From Azolla caroliniana (lineage: Eukaryota > Plantae > Polypodiophyta), in NCBI GenBank assembly GCA_043228905.1, contig JBHGNT010000022.1, positions 5,766,001 to 5,830,000 of the forward strand: a stretch of DNA of 64,000 nucleotides, read 5' to 3'. Position 1 is the first letter of the stretch. Every line of letters begins with the position of its first letter. The notes below the pieces were generated by a model, which was not told the origin of the DNA, did not search any database, and saw only the letters and a list, made by a program, of their open reading frames with translations. Shown in pieces: positions 45,052-57,728 of this stretch. Position numbers and translations under genes: made by a program.

Positions 45052-48000
45052 TCGAAGAAGAACCACAACAAACCCAACGAAGCGCCCTGGACTAAGCAGT
45101 TGCAATTCGTTGAGAAATGCAAGACACCCAACGAATTCATGGATCGCGATTGTAAGCGACAACATCCTTTTTGCGTATTCTACAAAAAGAAGGGTCATAC
45201 AAAAGAGCAATGTCGAAAGCTCCAACAGAAAGAGCACGAGAGCAAAGCTAAAGCTGCATACCATAAAGGTCAGATTCCTAATGTCCTTCAGGTCTATACA
45301 CATCATTTAAGTAATTGTCAATGTTCTTTCCCTCACTATGTATTGGGTCCCAATGATTTACTACGTACAAACGGGTATATCAATGGATCTCCCGTACAAT
45401 TTTTGTTTGATTCGGGAAGCTCACACAACTTTGTGAATGATCGTTTGGTTCAGATATGGGGAATCCAACCCACCGTACGTGATCACACCTATACGGTGCA
45501 CTTGGCTGATGGAAGAGTACAATACATCAACGAGGCGATTCATTCATTAGGAATTTCTATTGACACTTATATAGAGGAAGTTGACTTCTAGGTAATGAAT
45601 ATTTGTACCACAGATGTAATACTAGGATATCCCTGGTTCTATAATAAAAACTCTTCTTATCTATCGATTGGGTTCATCATTCAATTACATTTGTACTAAA
45701 TGATTGTACTCATTTTATTCAATGTGTAAAAAAACAATCCCTCTCGATTGTTTCCTCTCCATCAATATCTGAGTTGTCTTGTTCTACTCTATTTTATTGT
45801 GTACTTGATCTGGACATTCACGTTTACAATATGGATAATGTCTCGGTTCAATTAACATATTTTGAACAACAACAACTTGATGAAATCTTAAATGATTTTC
45901 GTGATGTTTTTCCGAGTGAACTACAAGATGGGTTACATCCTAAACGTAATATAGACCATCATATAGATATTGTACCTGGCGTTGCACCAATAAGTATACC
46001 TCCTTATTGCTTAAGTTGATCCGAAGAGGATGAGGTATCTAAGCAACTCAAGGACTATTTACGAATGGGTTACATACATTATAGTAAATCTCCATGGGGT
46101 GCACCAGTTCTCTTGATTTAAAAGAAAGAGGGCACATGGCGTATGTGTATTAATTACCGACGATTGAATAAAGTGACGATCAAGAATTCGTATCCATTGC
46201 CCTGACCTGATGATCTAATTGACCGTCTCCAGGGAGCTCGGTATTTTACGAAACTTGATCTCCGTACTAACTACCATCAAATTCGTATAAGTGAGGACGA
46301 TGTTCCTAAAACGGCATTTCGTACGCTGTCGCGAAGATTCGCGCGTGCGTGTGCTACTCGAGCGACCACCGGGGTCTTGGACTGGGGAGGATGTTTGCAG
46401 AATTGTCGAAGAGATGACGATCAATGTAAGATTAGATGAAATTGGTTTACTTGAGAAGAAGAAAGATTGTACACTTGAGAAGTAGAAAAAAATGAAGAAG
46501 ATAAAGACAAATATAATTATATTGATCATAATGGTGTTGGTGATATCACATATTGAGCCCCCCTTACACAAGCCCAACTGGAGGCTTTTATAGGTCTTTC
46601 CATGCTTGTGACATGCACAAAACCATGGGCTAAAACCATGGTTTTGTGCACACGGTTTTGCTTATGTCATGCACAAACCATGGGTTTAGAACCATGGTTT
46701 TGTGCATATGGTTTTCTATGGTTGTTTCATCTATAATTTGTAAGGAAATACATAAAATCCACACTATATGATAGTTGTCCTAATGGTAAGGCAATCATCT
46801 TGTATCTTAGAGGTGCAAGGTTCAAACCTTGCTTGCACCCCTCTGTATAAACTCAAGTGCCACTAGGCCTTACGTTTATTTGCTAAGTGCATGTGCAATG
46901 TTGCACATCCTTGGTTTATTCGTCTCACTCGGTTTCACACCGTAGCCGAAAATCGTCACGACATCGCGCTATGGCCATTATGAGTTTTTGGTTATGCCTT
47001 TTGGTTTGACCAATGCTCCGACTACATTTCAACAAGAAATGAATGACATTTTCCGAGAACAACTTGGAAAATTTGTCGTTATTTTCTTGGATGATATTTT
47101 AGTTTATAGTCGTACATTACAAGAACATGCTAAACATGTTCGCTTTGTTTTACAAACATTGCGTGACAAACAATTTTACGCGAAGATCTCAAAATGTGAG
47201 TTCTTCAAGAAATCAATTACTTATCTTGGACATCTCATAACCGAACGAGGAGTTGAAATTGATCCTTCTCGCATCGAGGAAATCAAGCTTTAGGCCCACT
47301 CTTCGGAACATTCGAGAAGTTCGATCATTCCTTGGTTTTGTCAGGTTTTTGCGAAAATCCCTTCGTAATTACTCCCGATTGCCGACACCGTTTTACTGAT
47401 CTTCTAAAAGCTCAAACGTGTAATTCTACAAAACCTATTGTCTGGAATGCTACACTAGACCTCGCCTTTAAGGAACTCAAGGACCTGGTGTGGAAGTCTC
47501 CTTCACTTCATTTACTCGATCCTTCAAAACCTTTTGAGGTTGAAACCAATGCAAGCGATTATGCTATAGGTGCTGTCTTATATCAAGATGGTAAACCAAT
47601 AGCATTCGGGAGTAAGAAACTTGATTTTGCTTAATGTCGGTATACTGTTCAAGAAAAGGAATTATTTGCAGTTATACATGCGCTCAAAACATGGCGCCAT
47701 TATCTTTATGGAAATTTCTTTGTGGTAACTACGGACCACGAGTCCTTGAAATATTTTTGTGACCAACAAGACCTGAAAGGTTGTAAGGCACGATGGGCTG
47801 ATCTCATCCAGGACTTTGATGTTTCCATATGATATCGTAAAGGTTCCATGAACACTGTCGCTGATGCACTAAGTCGCATCCGTGAAGGTAACATGCTTAG
47901 CTTCACTGAATTATCATAAGATCTTTATGATAACCTTCCAGGAAAGTATATTGATCACAATTATTTCGCAAAATACGGCAAGAGTTGAGTCTGGAACAGA

Positions 48001-49391
48001 AACCACCACATCCTCGAAGGAATACTTCCACATTGCTAACGGTCTGCTCTACCGTAATGGGAATGTTTGTGTTCCAAATTTGCCTGAGGTAAAAAAGAGA
48101 ATTCTTTTTGAAGGCCATGATGCACCCTCAGCAGGGCTTCCTGGAATACATCGTACACTCGTTCTCATCTCCACTCAATTTTATTGGCCTAAGATGCGTC
48201 CTGACATACATAGCTATGTGACTAAATTTCACCAATGTCAGGTTAACAAAGCCAAGCGACTTAAAGCCGCAGGACTTTTACATCCCTTGGACATTCCCAA
48301 TAATAAGTGGGAAAGTATATCCATGGATTTTATTGTTATCCTTCCTCGCACCCAAAAAGGCCATGATGCCATCTGGGTTGTGGTTGATAGACTAACTAAA
48401 ATGGCCAGATTTATTGCTACTAAAACCATGGTAATAGCTCCTGAATTGGCTTACCAATATGTTGACGAGTTATTTCGTTTTTATGGGTTACCGATGGATA
48501 TCATGAGTGATCGAGATCCGAAATTTACTAGTGACTTCTGGACGCAAGTCTTTAAGAAGTTAGAAACTACGTTGAGCATGAGCTCCACGGATCATCCTCA
48601 ATCCAATGGACAAACAGAACGAGTAAATCAAATTATTGAGGACATGCTTGGAGCATACGTTCGTGCAAAACCAACAAAATGGGAACATTATCTCCCAATT
48701 TTGGAGTTTTCTTATAACAGCTCCAAGCATACGTCGACGGGATATAGTCCTTTTATGTTGATGTATGGTTTTCAGCCACGAGCCCCGATTGATGTTAATA
48801 TACATCATGATGAGTTGCGAAGTACGCAAAACTTTCTTCGGGATATGCAAGATATGTTGCATATTGCACGAGATAATATAAAAACAGCTCAAGATAGAGT
48901 GTGTTTTTATGCCGATCATCATAGGCAACCTCGTGTATTCAACCCTGGACAGTAGGTATTTTTACGTGTACCTCAAAATTCTAAGACATTGTCTAAGGGT
49001 AAGTGCGCTAAGTTAGCCCCATGGTTTTATGAACCTTTTACAGTCCTCAAACGCATTGGGTCATCAACCTATTGTCTCTCTCTTCCCAATGGTGTTGGAA
49101 TTCATCCGGTCTTTCATGTGAGTCGTATAAAAGAACTTCTAGGTTCTGACGACAATACAGTTACAACTGAAACTCTGGTTACTTCTGAAGATGTATCTTC
49201 TAAACCACATGTACCAGAAAGAATTCTTGATATTAAAACAAAAAAATTATGTACTACAGAAATCCGAGAATTTAAAATAAAATGGATGGATAAATCAATA
49301 AAAGATGCCACATGGGAACGCGAAAGTACTCTAAGAACTAACTTCCCTAACTTTCCATTGCAAGAGTGCAATGTTTTAAAGAGGGGGAGTA
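45052..49391 (+). pseudogene. Chromovirus gag end, PR, RT, RNH, INT and chromodomain (disrupted)
   Basis: ORFs 44923-45591, 45774-46019, 46988-47293 ([16 protein letters not shown]), 47332-47634, 47882-48955, 48989-49405. Confidence 0.93.
46327..46963 (+). repeat. Solo LTR inserted in the chromovirus RT, with a 4-bp TSD
   Basis: TGTCGCG...CACGACA; flanks ACGC/TCGC; removing it plus 4 bp restores KTAFRTRYGHYEF. Confidence 0.9.
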
Positions 49392-49821
49392 TGTTACGGG
49401 CATGACCATATAATATCCCGTCGTCAGAATTTACCGTAGTATTGTATACACGTGGATAAGTGTGAGGGTTAAACAAGAGTGTAAAGAAGGGGAGGATTAC
49501 TTTTAATCCTCGGGATTGAGACAACCCATTAGGCCAAGTGTGAACATGGCTGGGGGCCTTGGGTATTGCTATAAATAAGAGGCCTAGCTACCCTCATTTG
49601 ATCATCTTGTTTACTACGTCGACACTCTGTCTTGTGGTGGGTCAACTCTTGTAGTGAGCGCGCCGGCACCAGGTACGACTCGACGCCACAACGTGGTATG
49701 GGACGCCGATTGAGGCTCAACTCCGTCTCGATCCATTCGCTCGGGGGTGGATCGGCACCCTTCTTTCTCTCTCTCCTTTCTATCTAGATCTATATTCTAT
49801 CCTTATCTAATGCTTACATTA

Positions 49822-52800
49822 TGTTGGGATTTCGGTTCCTCCGGATGGGATGGTCGGATGTCCGGAGATGAATGACGACAAGCCCGGTTGCGGTTTCGGA
49901 ACCGGATGATGAAGACCCCGGCTTCGGAGCCGGATGACGAATGTACCCGGAGAGAGATCCGGATGCGGGGACATATCTGTGAATATGTTTGCCAAGGGCC
50001 CTTGAGGCTATAGTTGTAAATAGCCCTAAAGTCATATGTGTATAAATATGACTTAGGGCAAACAGTTTTGATGTTGCTACTCATTTTTCTGTTTTTCCAC
50101 TCAAGAGGAGTGAAGAGAGAGCAGCCGTGAGAGAGATAGAGCGTGAGAGACGAAGAGGTCGACGCCTCTGTGTAATTCCGCCGCCTGTGGCGAGGACAGC
50201 GAGCTCAAGGTCGTCGCCTTGCAGCTCGCCATTGTATATTTCTCTGTGCATAGTTTTGGTTCGGAGTCTTGTACTCCCGTGGTTTTTCCCGTACAGGGTT
50301 TTCCACGATAAATCGTGTGTCCACTTATTTACCTTTGCATTTCCCATTTTCTGCAACAACGATTCGTGTGTTTCCTTGGTTGTGGCCGAGAGGTGAAGTT
50401 TGGAAAGTGTCGTTTATTTCCATCAATTTGGTATCAGAGCGAGCTGCTGCAGAAAATGGAAGGCGGCGGCAGCGGGCAGCCGCGGATGATGGTGCTGAAT
50501 GCGCAGAATTACGCCGACTGGAAGATCAAGATGGAGGATCTTCTGATTGTTCGGGACCTGTACGAACCGATTGACAGGTCGGAAATACCGAAGGGGGTAC
50601 TTGAGTCGGAATGGAGGCTTCTGAACCGGAAAGCCGTTGCAACCATTCGGCAATACGTCGACGTGAGCGTTCTACAACATGTGGCGAACGACATCAACGC
50701 ATATGAGATGTGGCGGAAGCTGTCGGGCCTCTACGAGAGGAAGAATGCGTTGAACCGGACCTCCCTGATGAGGAAGATAGTGAACCTCAAGTACCGGGAC
50801 GGCGAGAGTATGGTGGAACACGTAAGCACGTTCATGGGATTCGTGAACCAGCTTGCGGCGATCAAGTTCCCGCTGGAGGATGCAATGCAAGCCATCATTC
50901 TGATGTGTACATTGCCGGAAAGCTGGGAGAACTTGGTGGTGACTCTCAGCACCTCCTGCACGGAAGATAACTTGTCCCTACAAACGGTAAAGACAAGTAT
51001 TTTGAACGAAGAAGCGCGTCGGAGAGATAAAGAACCGGCCTCCGACTCGAAGGCGCTGCTTACCGAATCGGAACGGGGAAGACAATGGAACCGGAGTCCG
51101 CAAAGACGGGAGAAGTCGGGGATCCGGTCGTAGTCAAGAGGAAGACCCACATGCTTCCACTGTGGGAAGCCGGGGCACTTTCGGAAGAATTGTCGGCATT
51201 ACCGAAAGGACAACGGAGCCGACGACACCGATTCGAAGAAGTCACCGGAGAGAAATGGTGCATACCGGGGAGCCACGGACCGGAGAGGTCCGGATCGGCG
51301 AGGGCAGGACCGGAAAGGAACGACGGCACTCGCGGCAAGTGAGGAAGAAATCATGCTCATCACCGAAGAAGGTGAACTAAATATTGCCGGCGATGAGACG
51401 ACCTGGGTGGTCGATTCCGGAGCATCGTTCCACCTGACCCCGGAGAGAAGATACTTCTCATCCTATACAGTCGGCGAGCATGGCTGTGTTCGGATGGGAA
51501 ATGAAGGTACGTGCCGGATTGCCGGCATAGGAGACGTGTGGTTGACAACCTCGACCGGATGCAAAATGCTGCTGAAGGATGTCCGACACGTTCCGGAGGT
51601 TCGATTGAACCTGATTTCGGCCGGGAGGCTAGACGATGAAGGCTACACAGGTAGCATCCGGAACGGCGTAATGAAGTTCAGCAAGGGGAGCCTGATAGTG
51701 GCTCGGGCCCGGAAAGTCAACACACTGTACCTTATGAATGCCTGGTTGTGTCCGGAAGAGTTGAACGTGGCAGCCGACACTGCCGGTGAGCTGTGGCACA
51801 AGAGACTGTGCCACATGAGTGAGAAGGGGATGAAAAGGCTTGCAGAAGACAACCTTATTCTAGTGAAGCATGTGCACCTGGAGAAGTGCACCGATTGCCT
51901 GGCCGGTAAGCAGAACCGAACCTCCTTCCACTCAAGGCCACCGACGAGACGTAGCGCACCATTGGAGTTGGTGCACACTGATGTGTGTCAGGTAGAAACG
52001 AAGTCACATGGAGGAGCCCAGTACTTCGTAACATTCATTGATGATCACAGCCGGAAGCTGTGGACGGCACCGTTGAAGACAAAGGACCAAGTGTTGTGCG
52101 TCTTCAAAGAACTCCACGCGAGAGTGGAAAGGGAATCCGGCAAGAAGCTGAAAGCGATACGAGCGGATAACGGAGGGGAATACCGGGGGCAGTTCGCGGA
52201 GTACTGTCGCTCGAAGGGAATCCGGCTCGAGTTTACTGTGCCGAAGACGCCGGAACTGAACGGGCTGGCCGAGAGGATGAACCGGACCATAATGGAGAGG
52301 GTCCGGAGTATGCTGGCGCATGCGGAATTACCCAAGGGGTTTTGGGCTGAGGCGATGTCAACGGCGACATACGTGATAAACAGATCACCCTCAGTACCTT
52401 TGGAAGGAGACACGCCGCAGAGAGTGTGGACCGGTAGGGAAGTATCTTACCGACATCTGAAGGTGTTCGGGTGTGTCGCATACGTGCATGTGGCAAAGGA
52501 CCGGAGAGGAAAGCTAGATCCAAAGACCCGGCCATGCATATTCCTCGGTTACGGCGATGACGAGTTCGGCTACCGAGTATGGGACCCGGTCGACAAGAAG
52601 ATATTCCGGAGTCGTGATATCATCTTCATGGAGAACAAGACACTCGCCGACTGGGAGTTGGAGAAGAAGATGAAGAGCTCCAAGTCGACCGGTGAGGATA
52701 AACTCTACGAGGAGCAGTCCCGACCGGCAAGGGACCGGTTAACACTCGAAGATCCGGCCGAAGACGGTGAAGAAACAGAACCGGCCGAAGAAGATGAAAA

Positions 52801-55159
52801 TGATACCGGAACCGGCCCCGATCCCGAAATGGATTCGGATGAAGAAGAATCGGAAGAACCGGTTACCGAAGCTCCGGAACGGAGATATCCTCTAAGAGAG
52901 AGAAGGGCACCCCGGAGATTTCCGGAACCAGAGCACGTGCTGCTAACCGACGAGGGGGAGCCGGAGAGCCTTGAAGAAGTGAAGCATGACACCCATAGCC
53001 GCAGGTGGTTAAGTGCCATGCAGGAGGAGATGGATTCCCTGCATGAGAACCACACATATGAACTTGTGGAGTTGCCGAAAGGAAAACGGGCACTCCGTAA
53101 CAAGTGGGTGTTCAAGCTGAAACCGGGAGATGCCGAAAACCCCCCGAGATACAAAGCCAGGATCGTGGTGAAGGGGTTTCAGCAGAAGAAGGGCATCGAC
53201 TTCGACGAGATATTTGCCCCGGTAGTGAAGATGACCTCCATCCGGACGGTGCTGAGCATAGCGGCAAGCATGGACCTCGAGATAGAACAGATGGACGTGA
53301 AGACGGCATTCCTTCACGGTGACCTCGAAGAAGAGATCTACATGCAGCAACCGGAAGGATTCGAGAAGAAAGGGAAGGAGCACCTGGTATGCCGGTTGAA
53401 GAAGAGCCTTTACGGTCTGAAGCAGGCTCCCCGCCAATGGTACCGGAAGTTCGACTCCTTCATGACAGACGAAGGGTACCACAAAACGCAGTCCGATCAC
53501 TGCGTGTTTGTGAAGAAGTTCGAAGGAGGAGACTTTCTAATACTCCTCCTGTACGTGGACGACATGTTGATCGTCGGACGAGACCAGGTCAAGATACGGA
53601 TGCTGAAGAAGGCTCTTCACCGAACCTTCTCAATGAAGGACCTGGGTCCGGCGAGGCAAATACTAGGGATGCACATCATCCGGGACCGGAAGAAGAAGTA
53701 GTTGTGGCTGTCACAGGAGAAGTACGTGACAAAGGTGCTTCACCGGTTCAACATGTCGGAAGCAAGGCCGGTCGGGTCAACACTCCCGGCAAACTGCAAG
53801 CTGTCCAGCAAGCAGAGCCCCAAGACAAAGGCTGAGAAGGAGGACATGATGAAAGTACCATATGTCTCTGCCGTCGAGAGCTTGATGTACGCAATGGTGT
53901 GTACCCGACCGGACATAGGATATGCAGTCGGAGTGGTGAGCCGGTACATGAGCAATCCCGACAAAGAGCATTGGAACGCGGCCAAGTGGATACTCCGATA
54001 CCTGAAGGGCACGGCAAACGTGTGCCTCCGATTCGGCTCCGGTAAGCCCGAACTCGACGGCTTCACCGATTCGGATATGTCGGCTGATGCAGATACCAGC
54101 CAGTCCACATCAGGGTATGTGATGACGTATGCAGGGGGAGCTGTTTCATGGCAGTCGAGGCTGCAGAAGACGGTTGCGTTGTCAACCACGGAGGCGGAGT
54201 ACATGGCGGCTGTTGAAGCCGGCAAGGAAATAATATGGATGAAGGACTTCATTAGAGAGCTCGGTATCCGGCAGGAGGAGTACCGACTCTACTGCGACAG
54301 TCAGAGTGCAATCCACCTTGCGAAGAACGCGGCCTATCACTCCCGGACGAAGCACATCCAGCAAAGATATCACTGGATCCGGGAAAGGATAGAAGACAAG
54401 GAGTTCGTGCTGACGAAGATCCACACGGACGAGAACGGGTCGGATATGCTGACCAAGGTGCTCACACCCGACAAGCTGGAAGCATGCCGGAAGAGGATCG
54501 GATTGGAGAGACATCCCATGCCGAAGTGAAGGGGGAGTTTGTTGGGATTTCGGTCCCTCCGGATGGGATGGTCGGATGTCCGTAGATGAATGACGACAAG
54601 CCCGGTTGCGGTTTCGGAACCGGATGATGAAGACCCCGGCTTCGGAGCCGGATGACGAATGTACCCGGAGAGAGATCCAGATGTGGGGACATATCTGTGA
54701 ATATGTTTGCCAAGGGCCCTTGAGGCTATAGTTGTAAATAGCCCTAAAGTCATATGTGTATAAATATGACTTAGGGCAAACAGTTTTGATGTTGCTACTC
54801 ATTTTTCTGTTTTTCCACTCAAGAGGAGTGAAGAGAGAGCAGCCGTGAGAGAGAGCAGCCGTGAGAGAGATAGAGCGTGAGAGACGAAGAGGTCGACGCC
54901 TCTGTGTAATTCCGCCGCCTGTGGCGAGGACAGCGAGCTCAAGGTCGTCGCCTTGCAGCTCGCCATTGTATATTTCTCTGTGCATAGTTTTGGTTCGGAG
55001 TCTTGTACTCCCGTGGTTTTTCCCGTACAGGGTTTTCCACGATAAATCGTGTGTCCACTTATTTACCTTTGCATTTCCCATTTTCTGCAACAACGATTCG
55101 TGTGTTTCCTTGGTTGTGTCCGAGAGGTGAAGTTTGGAAAGTGTCGTTTATTTCCATCA
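49822..55159 (+). mobile_element. Young, near-intact Ty1/copia element; LTRs 49822-50425 and 54540-55159
   Basis: TSD CATTA; PBS-Met at 50429-50440; PPT GAAGTGAAGGGGGAG; LTRs differ by about 5 substitutions and a 16-bp duplication. Confidence 0.98.
50456..54529 (+). CDS. Copia Gag-Pol polyprotein in one frame with two in-frame TAG stops (51131, 53699)
   Basis: Gag, CFHCGKPGHFRKNC, WVVDSGAS, HHCC, DNGGEY, LYVDDM, TTEAEY, SDMLTK. Confidence 0.95.
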
Positions 55160-55259
55160 CATTAGTCTATGTCTCTAAAACTCACTATTTCTATTTTCTA
55201 GCCCCAAAATTCACATGCAATATATTCTTGGAAAGACCTTTGAGTTAGCTTTCTTATGC

Positions 55260-56164
55260 ATCACACCATACACATCTATATGGGTCTTTCCTTTTTGGCC
55301 CTCTACGACTCATATTAGCTAACGAAACCACTTTGAATTTTTGTGCCAATTCTTCAATGACAGAGTTCTCCATCGCTCTTTCGATCGGCTCGCTTTACTT
55401 TGTCATCTCAATTGCTATTGGAGCCTTCCTTCTTTGGACTACCGGGCCCGCCATGTCCGAATCATCTAGCCATCGACAATGTTTGTCAAATAGATCACAT
55501 GATCTTCTTACCGCAACCCAATCCGTTATGAGAGACCATTGGGTTGTGCTTCGTCCTCTAATAGACTACCTAGTTCTTGTCTATCTTTTGCATCCACTGC
55601 CTTTAAGAAGTACAAAACTTTATCTCCATCAAGAAGTGTTTGGTCGGTTCTCGGGAGACGGTTGTACATTTAGTCAAATTCAGTGTACACTCCCCATGTG
55701 TTCATGTTCTTCCCCTTCTTCTCGATCCACTTCATCAATGTATGATGAGTCATCCTCGACGCATTTTCAAGCATATATTCAGCCAAAAGCGCCCTTTCAA
55801 ATCCCAACCATGGGATTTGGGTGGCTTGAATCTCCCTTATACGGCCTTGTAACCCAATTGCTACGACATGCTTGAAGCTTGATATTTGCTTCTCTTCGAT
55901 GACATCACGTTGTTGCATCTCCGTCTTGTATGTAACGAGAAAATCCGTAATGTTTCTTCCACCAAATTGGCATGTTATCTCAACAGTTCGGTCGATGGCC
56001 TTGTCTAAGCTTGCATCATTATCTCAAGCCCTCATCAAATGCTCGACAATAGCCACCAACTTTGCCACTTCGTTAGCTTGGGTGTTTGTTGAAGAAGCCA
56101 TCTTCTAACCTTCTATTTCAAGCACTTGATCCTGCCTCTTCACGTCGGGTTCACCACTTTATTA
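55260..56164 (-). mobile_element. Internally deleted Gypsy unit: tRNA-Trp PBS plus gag 5' part
   Basis: PBS TGGTGAACCCGACGTG at 56141-56156 (complement of the plant tRNA-Trp 3' end); 55260-56118 is nearly identical to 62507-63360. Confidence 0.85.
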
Positions 56165-57728
56165 TGTCATGAAAGTCCGTCACTATGTGTGGATCGTGAG
56201 GCGGAACCGCCGGGGTTATGTACGGAAAGGAAATAGGGCTCACACGCACAACACAAAGAAGGCGTACACAAACAAGGCATGAGTATTCGAACGTGTTTGC
56301 GAAAAGGAGAGGTGCATGGGCTAGCCCGAATCAACCCCTAGTCACAAGGCGAACAAATGCACGTGAGGAAGGCTTACACACGGACACACGAGGAAAAGGC
56401 TTACTTACACACACGAGAGACAGAGTTTCAAATGCCTTTGTGAAAAGAGAGGTGCATGGGCAAGCCCGAACACTCCCTTACCACAATTCGCACAAACACA
56501 CAAGCAAGATTTACACTAACACGCAAGACACGATTTCGAACGCCTTTGTGAAAGGAGAGGTGCATGGGCAAGCCCAAACGCTCCCTTGCCACAAATCGCA
56601 CGAACACACAAGCAAGATTTACAATAACACGCAAGAAACAAAAATTTGAATGCCTTTGTGAATGGAGAGGTGCATGGGCAAGCCCGAAACGCTCCCTTGT
56701 CACAAGAAACACAAACAGATAAGCACAAATGACAAGAACATATAAGACACGTAAGTTTGAATGCCTTTGTGAAAGGAAAGGTACATGGGCAAGCCCGAAA
56801 CTCTCCCTTGTCACAAGACACACAAACAAATAAGCACAAATGACAATAGCATATAAGATACGTAAGTTTGAATGCCTTTGTGAAAGGAGAGGTGCATGGG
56901 CAAGCCCGAAACGCTCCCTTGTCACAAGACACACAAACAAATAAGCACAAATGACTATAACATATAAGACACGTAGGTGAAACCTAACATTAGTTTATTA
57001 CAATATAATAGATTCTTTTATAAAATAAGAATCAATTTTACAACAGGTTTGATATGATAATGAGAGATAATTTATAAAGGAAGGGGGAAGAGAGGTGGAG
57101 GAAAGAAGAGAGTGGAATATAGAAGAAGGTGATTCTTTGTTGATGATGCCTCTCGATGTTGTTGATCCTTCTTCTTTTGCCATCCAATTGAGTAGAGTTT
57201 CTGCGTTCCTTCTCCCTCCCCCCCCTCTTCACTGGAATAGGCTCTTAATTATAGGTTTCGGATTGATGGCTTTTTCCCCTAAAACAAAGCTTGTCTATAT
57301 GAGTCGACTTTTCTTTTCCTCACTATTTCTTGTTTCTAGCCCCAAAATTCACATGCAAGATATTCATGGAAAGCTGTTTGGGTTAGCTTTCTTATGCATC
57401 TTTTCGTTTCTAATTTGGACATCTAACGAGGAAATTATGAGCTTTTTTCTCTACTGTGCTCCTCATATCCACGCGTGCTTTTTCTTTTCTCTCCATCTTT
57501 TTCTATACTTTTGTCTACTTTTGAAAACGGCCTCTAACTTAATATTCATCATTATTTATTGTAAGATTCAATCCTTTGACCTTTTATTTATAAGGTATTA
57601 TCTTTGGCAAAATGAAAAAGTATTTTTTGCTAGCAATAAAGTTGACTTCACAATACCACTTTATTTAAGCTACTATTTTGCTTCTTTTCAGGGGTGGTTT
57701 CATACTATGTGTTAGAAACATCACGACA
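56165..57728 (-). repeat. Complete 1564-bp Gypsy LTR shared by two tandem units; 6 internal ~110-bp repeats (56285-56975)
   Basis: TGTCATGA...TCACGACA; PBS on one side and PPT (TCCATCCCCACC, 57729-57740) on the other. Confidence 0.92.

Larger units (their letters stand above)
25696..55180 (+). mobile_element. Ty3/gypsy chromovirus, degenerate, with four nested insertions; LTRs 25696-26149 and 49392-55180 (split)
   Basis: TSD CTCAC (25691-25695 and 55181-55185); PBS-Met at 26152-26163; PPT AAAGAGGGGGAG before 49392; PR FDSGSS, RT FLDDIL, INT ISMDFI, chromodomain PERILD...FKIKW...DATWE. Confidence 0.95.
24427..55262 (-). repeat. Long Gypsy LTR (24427-25695 + 55186-55262), split by the chromovirus and truncated
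   Basis: High similarity to 56165-57728; the sequence resumes after the second CTCAC. Confidence 0.88.

Noticed and set aside
55333-55875. Duplicated plus-strand ORF (also 62641-63117) as a novel gene pair
   Set aside because: Antisense shadow of the duplicated Gypsy gag region.
56141-56156. tRNA gene fragments (also 44458-44475)
   Set aside because: Only 16-18 nt matching tRNA 3' ends including CCA, adjacent to LTRs: these are primer-binding sites.
57095-57715. 206-aa hydrophobic ORF
   Set aside because: Lies in a T-rich part of an LTR, antisense to the element, and is not conserved as an ORF in the sister LTR.
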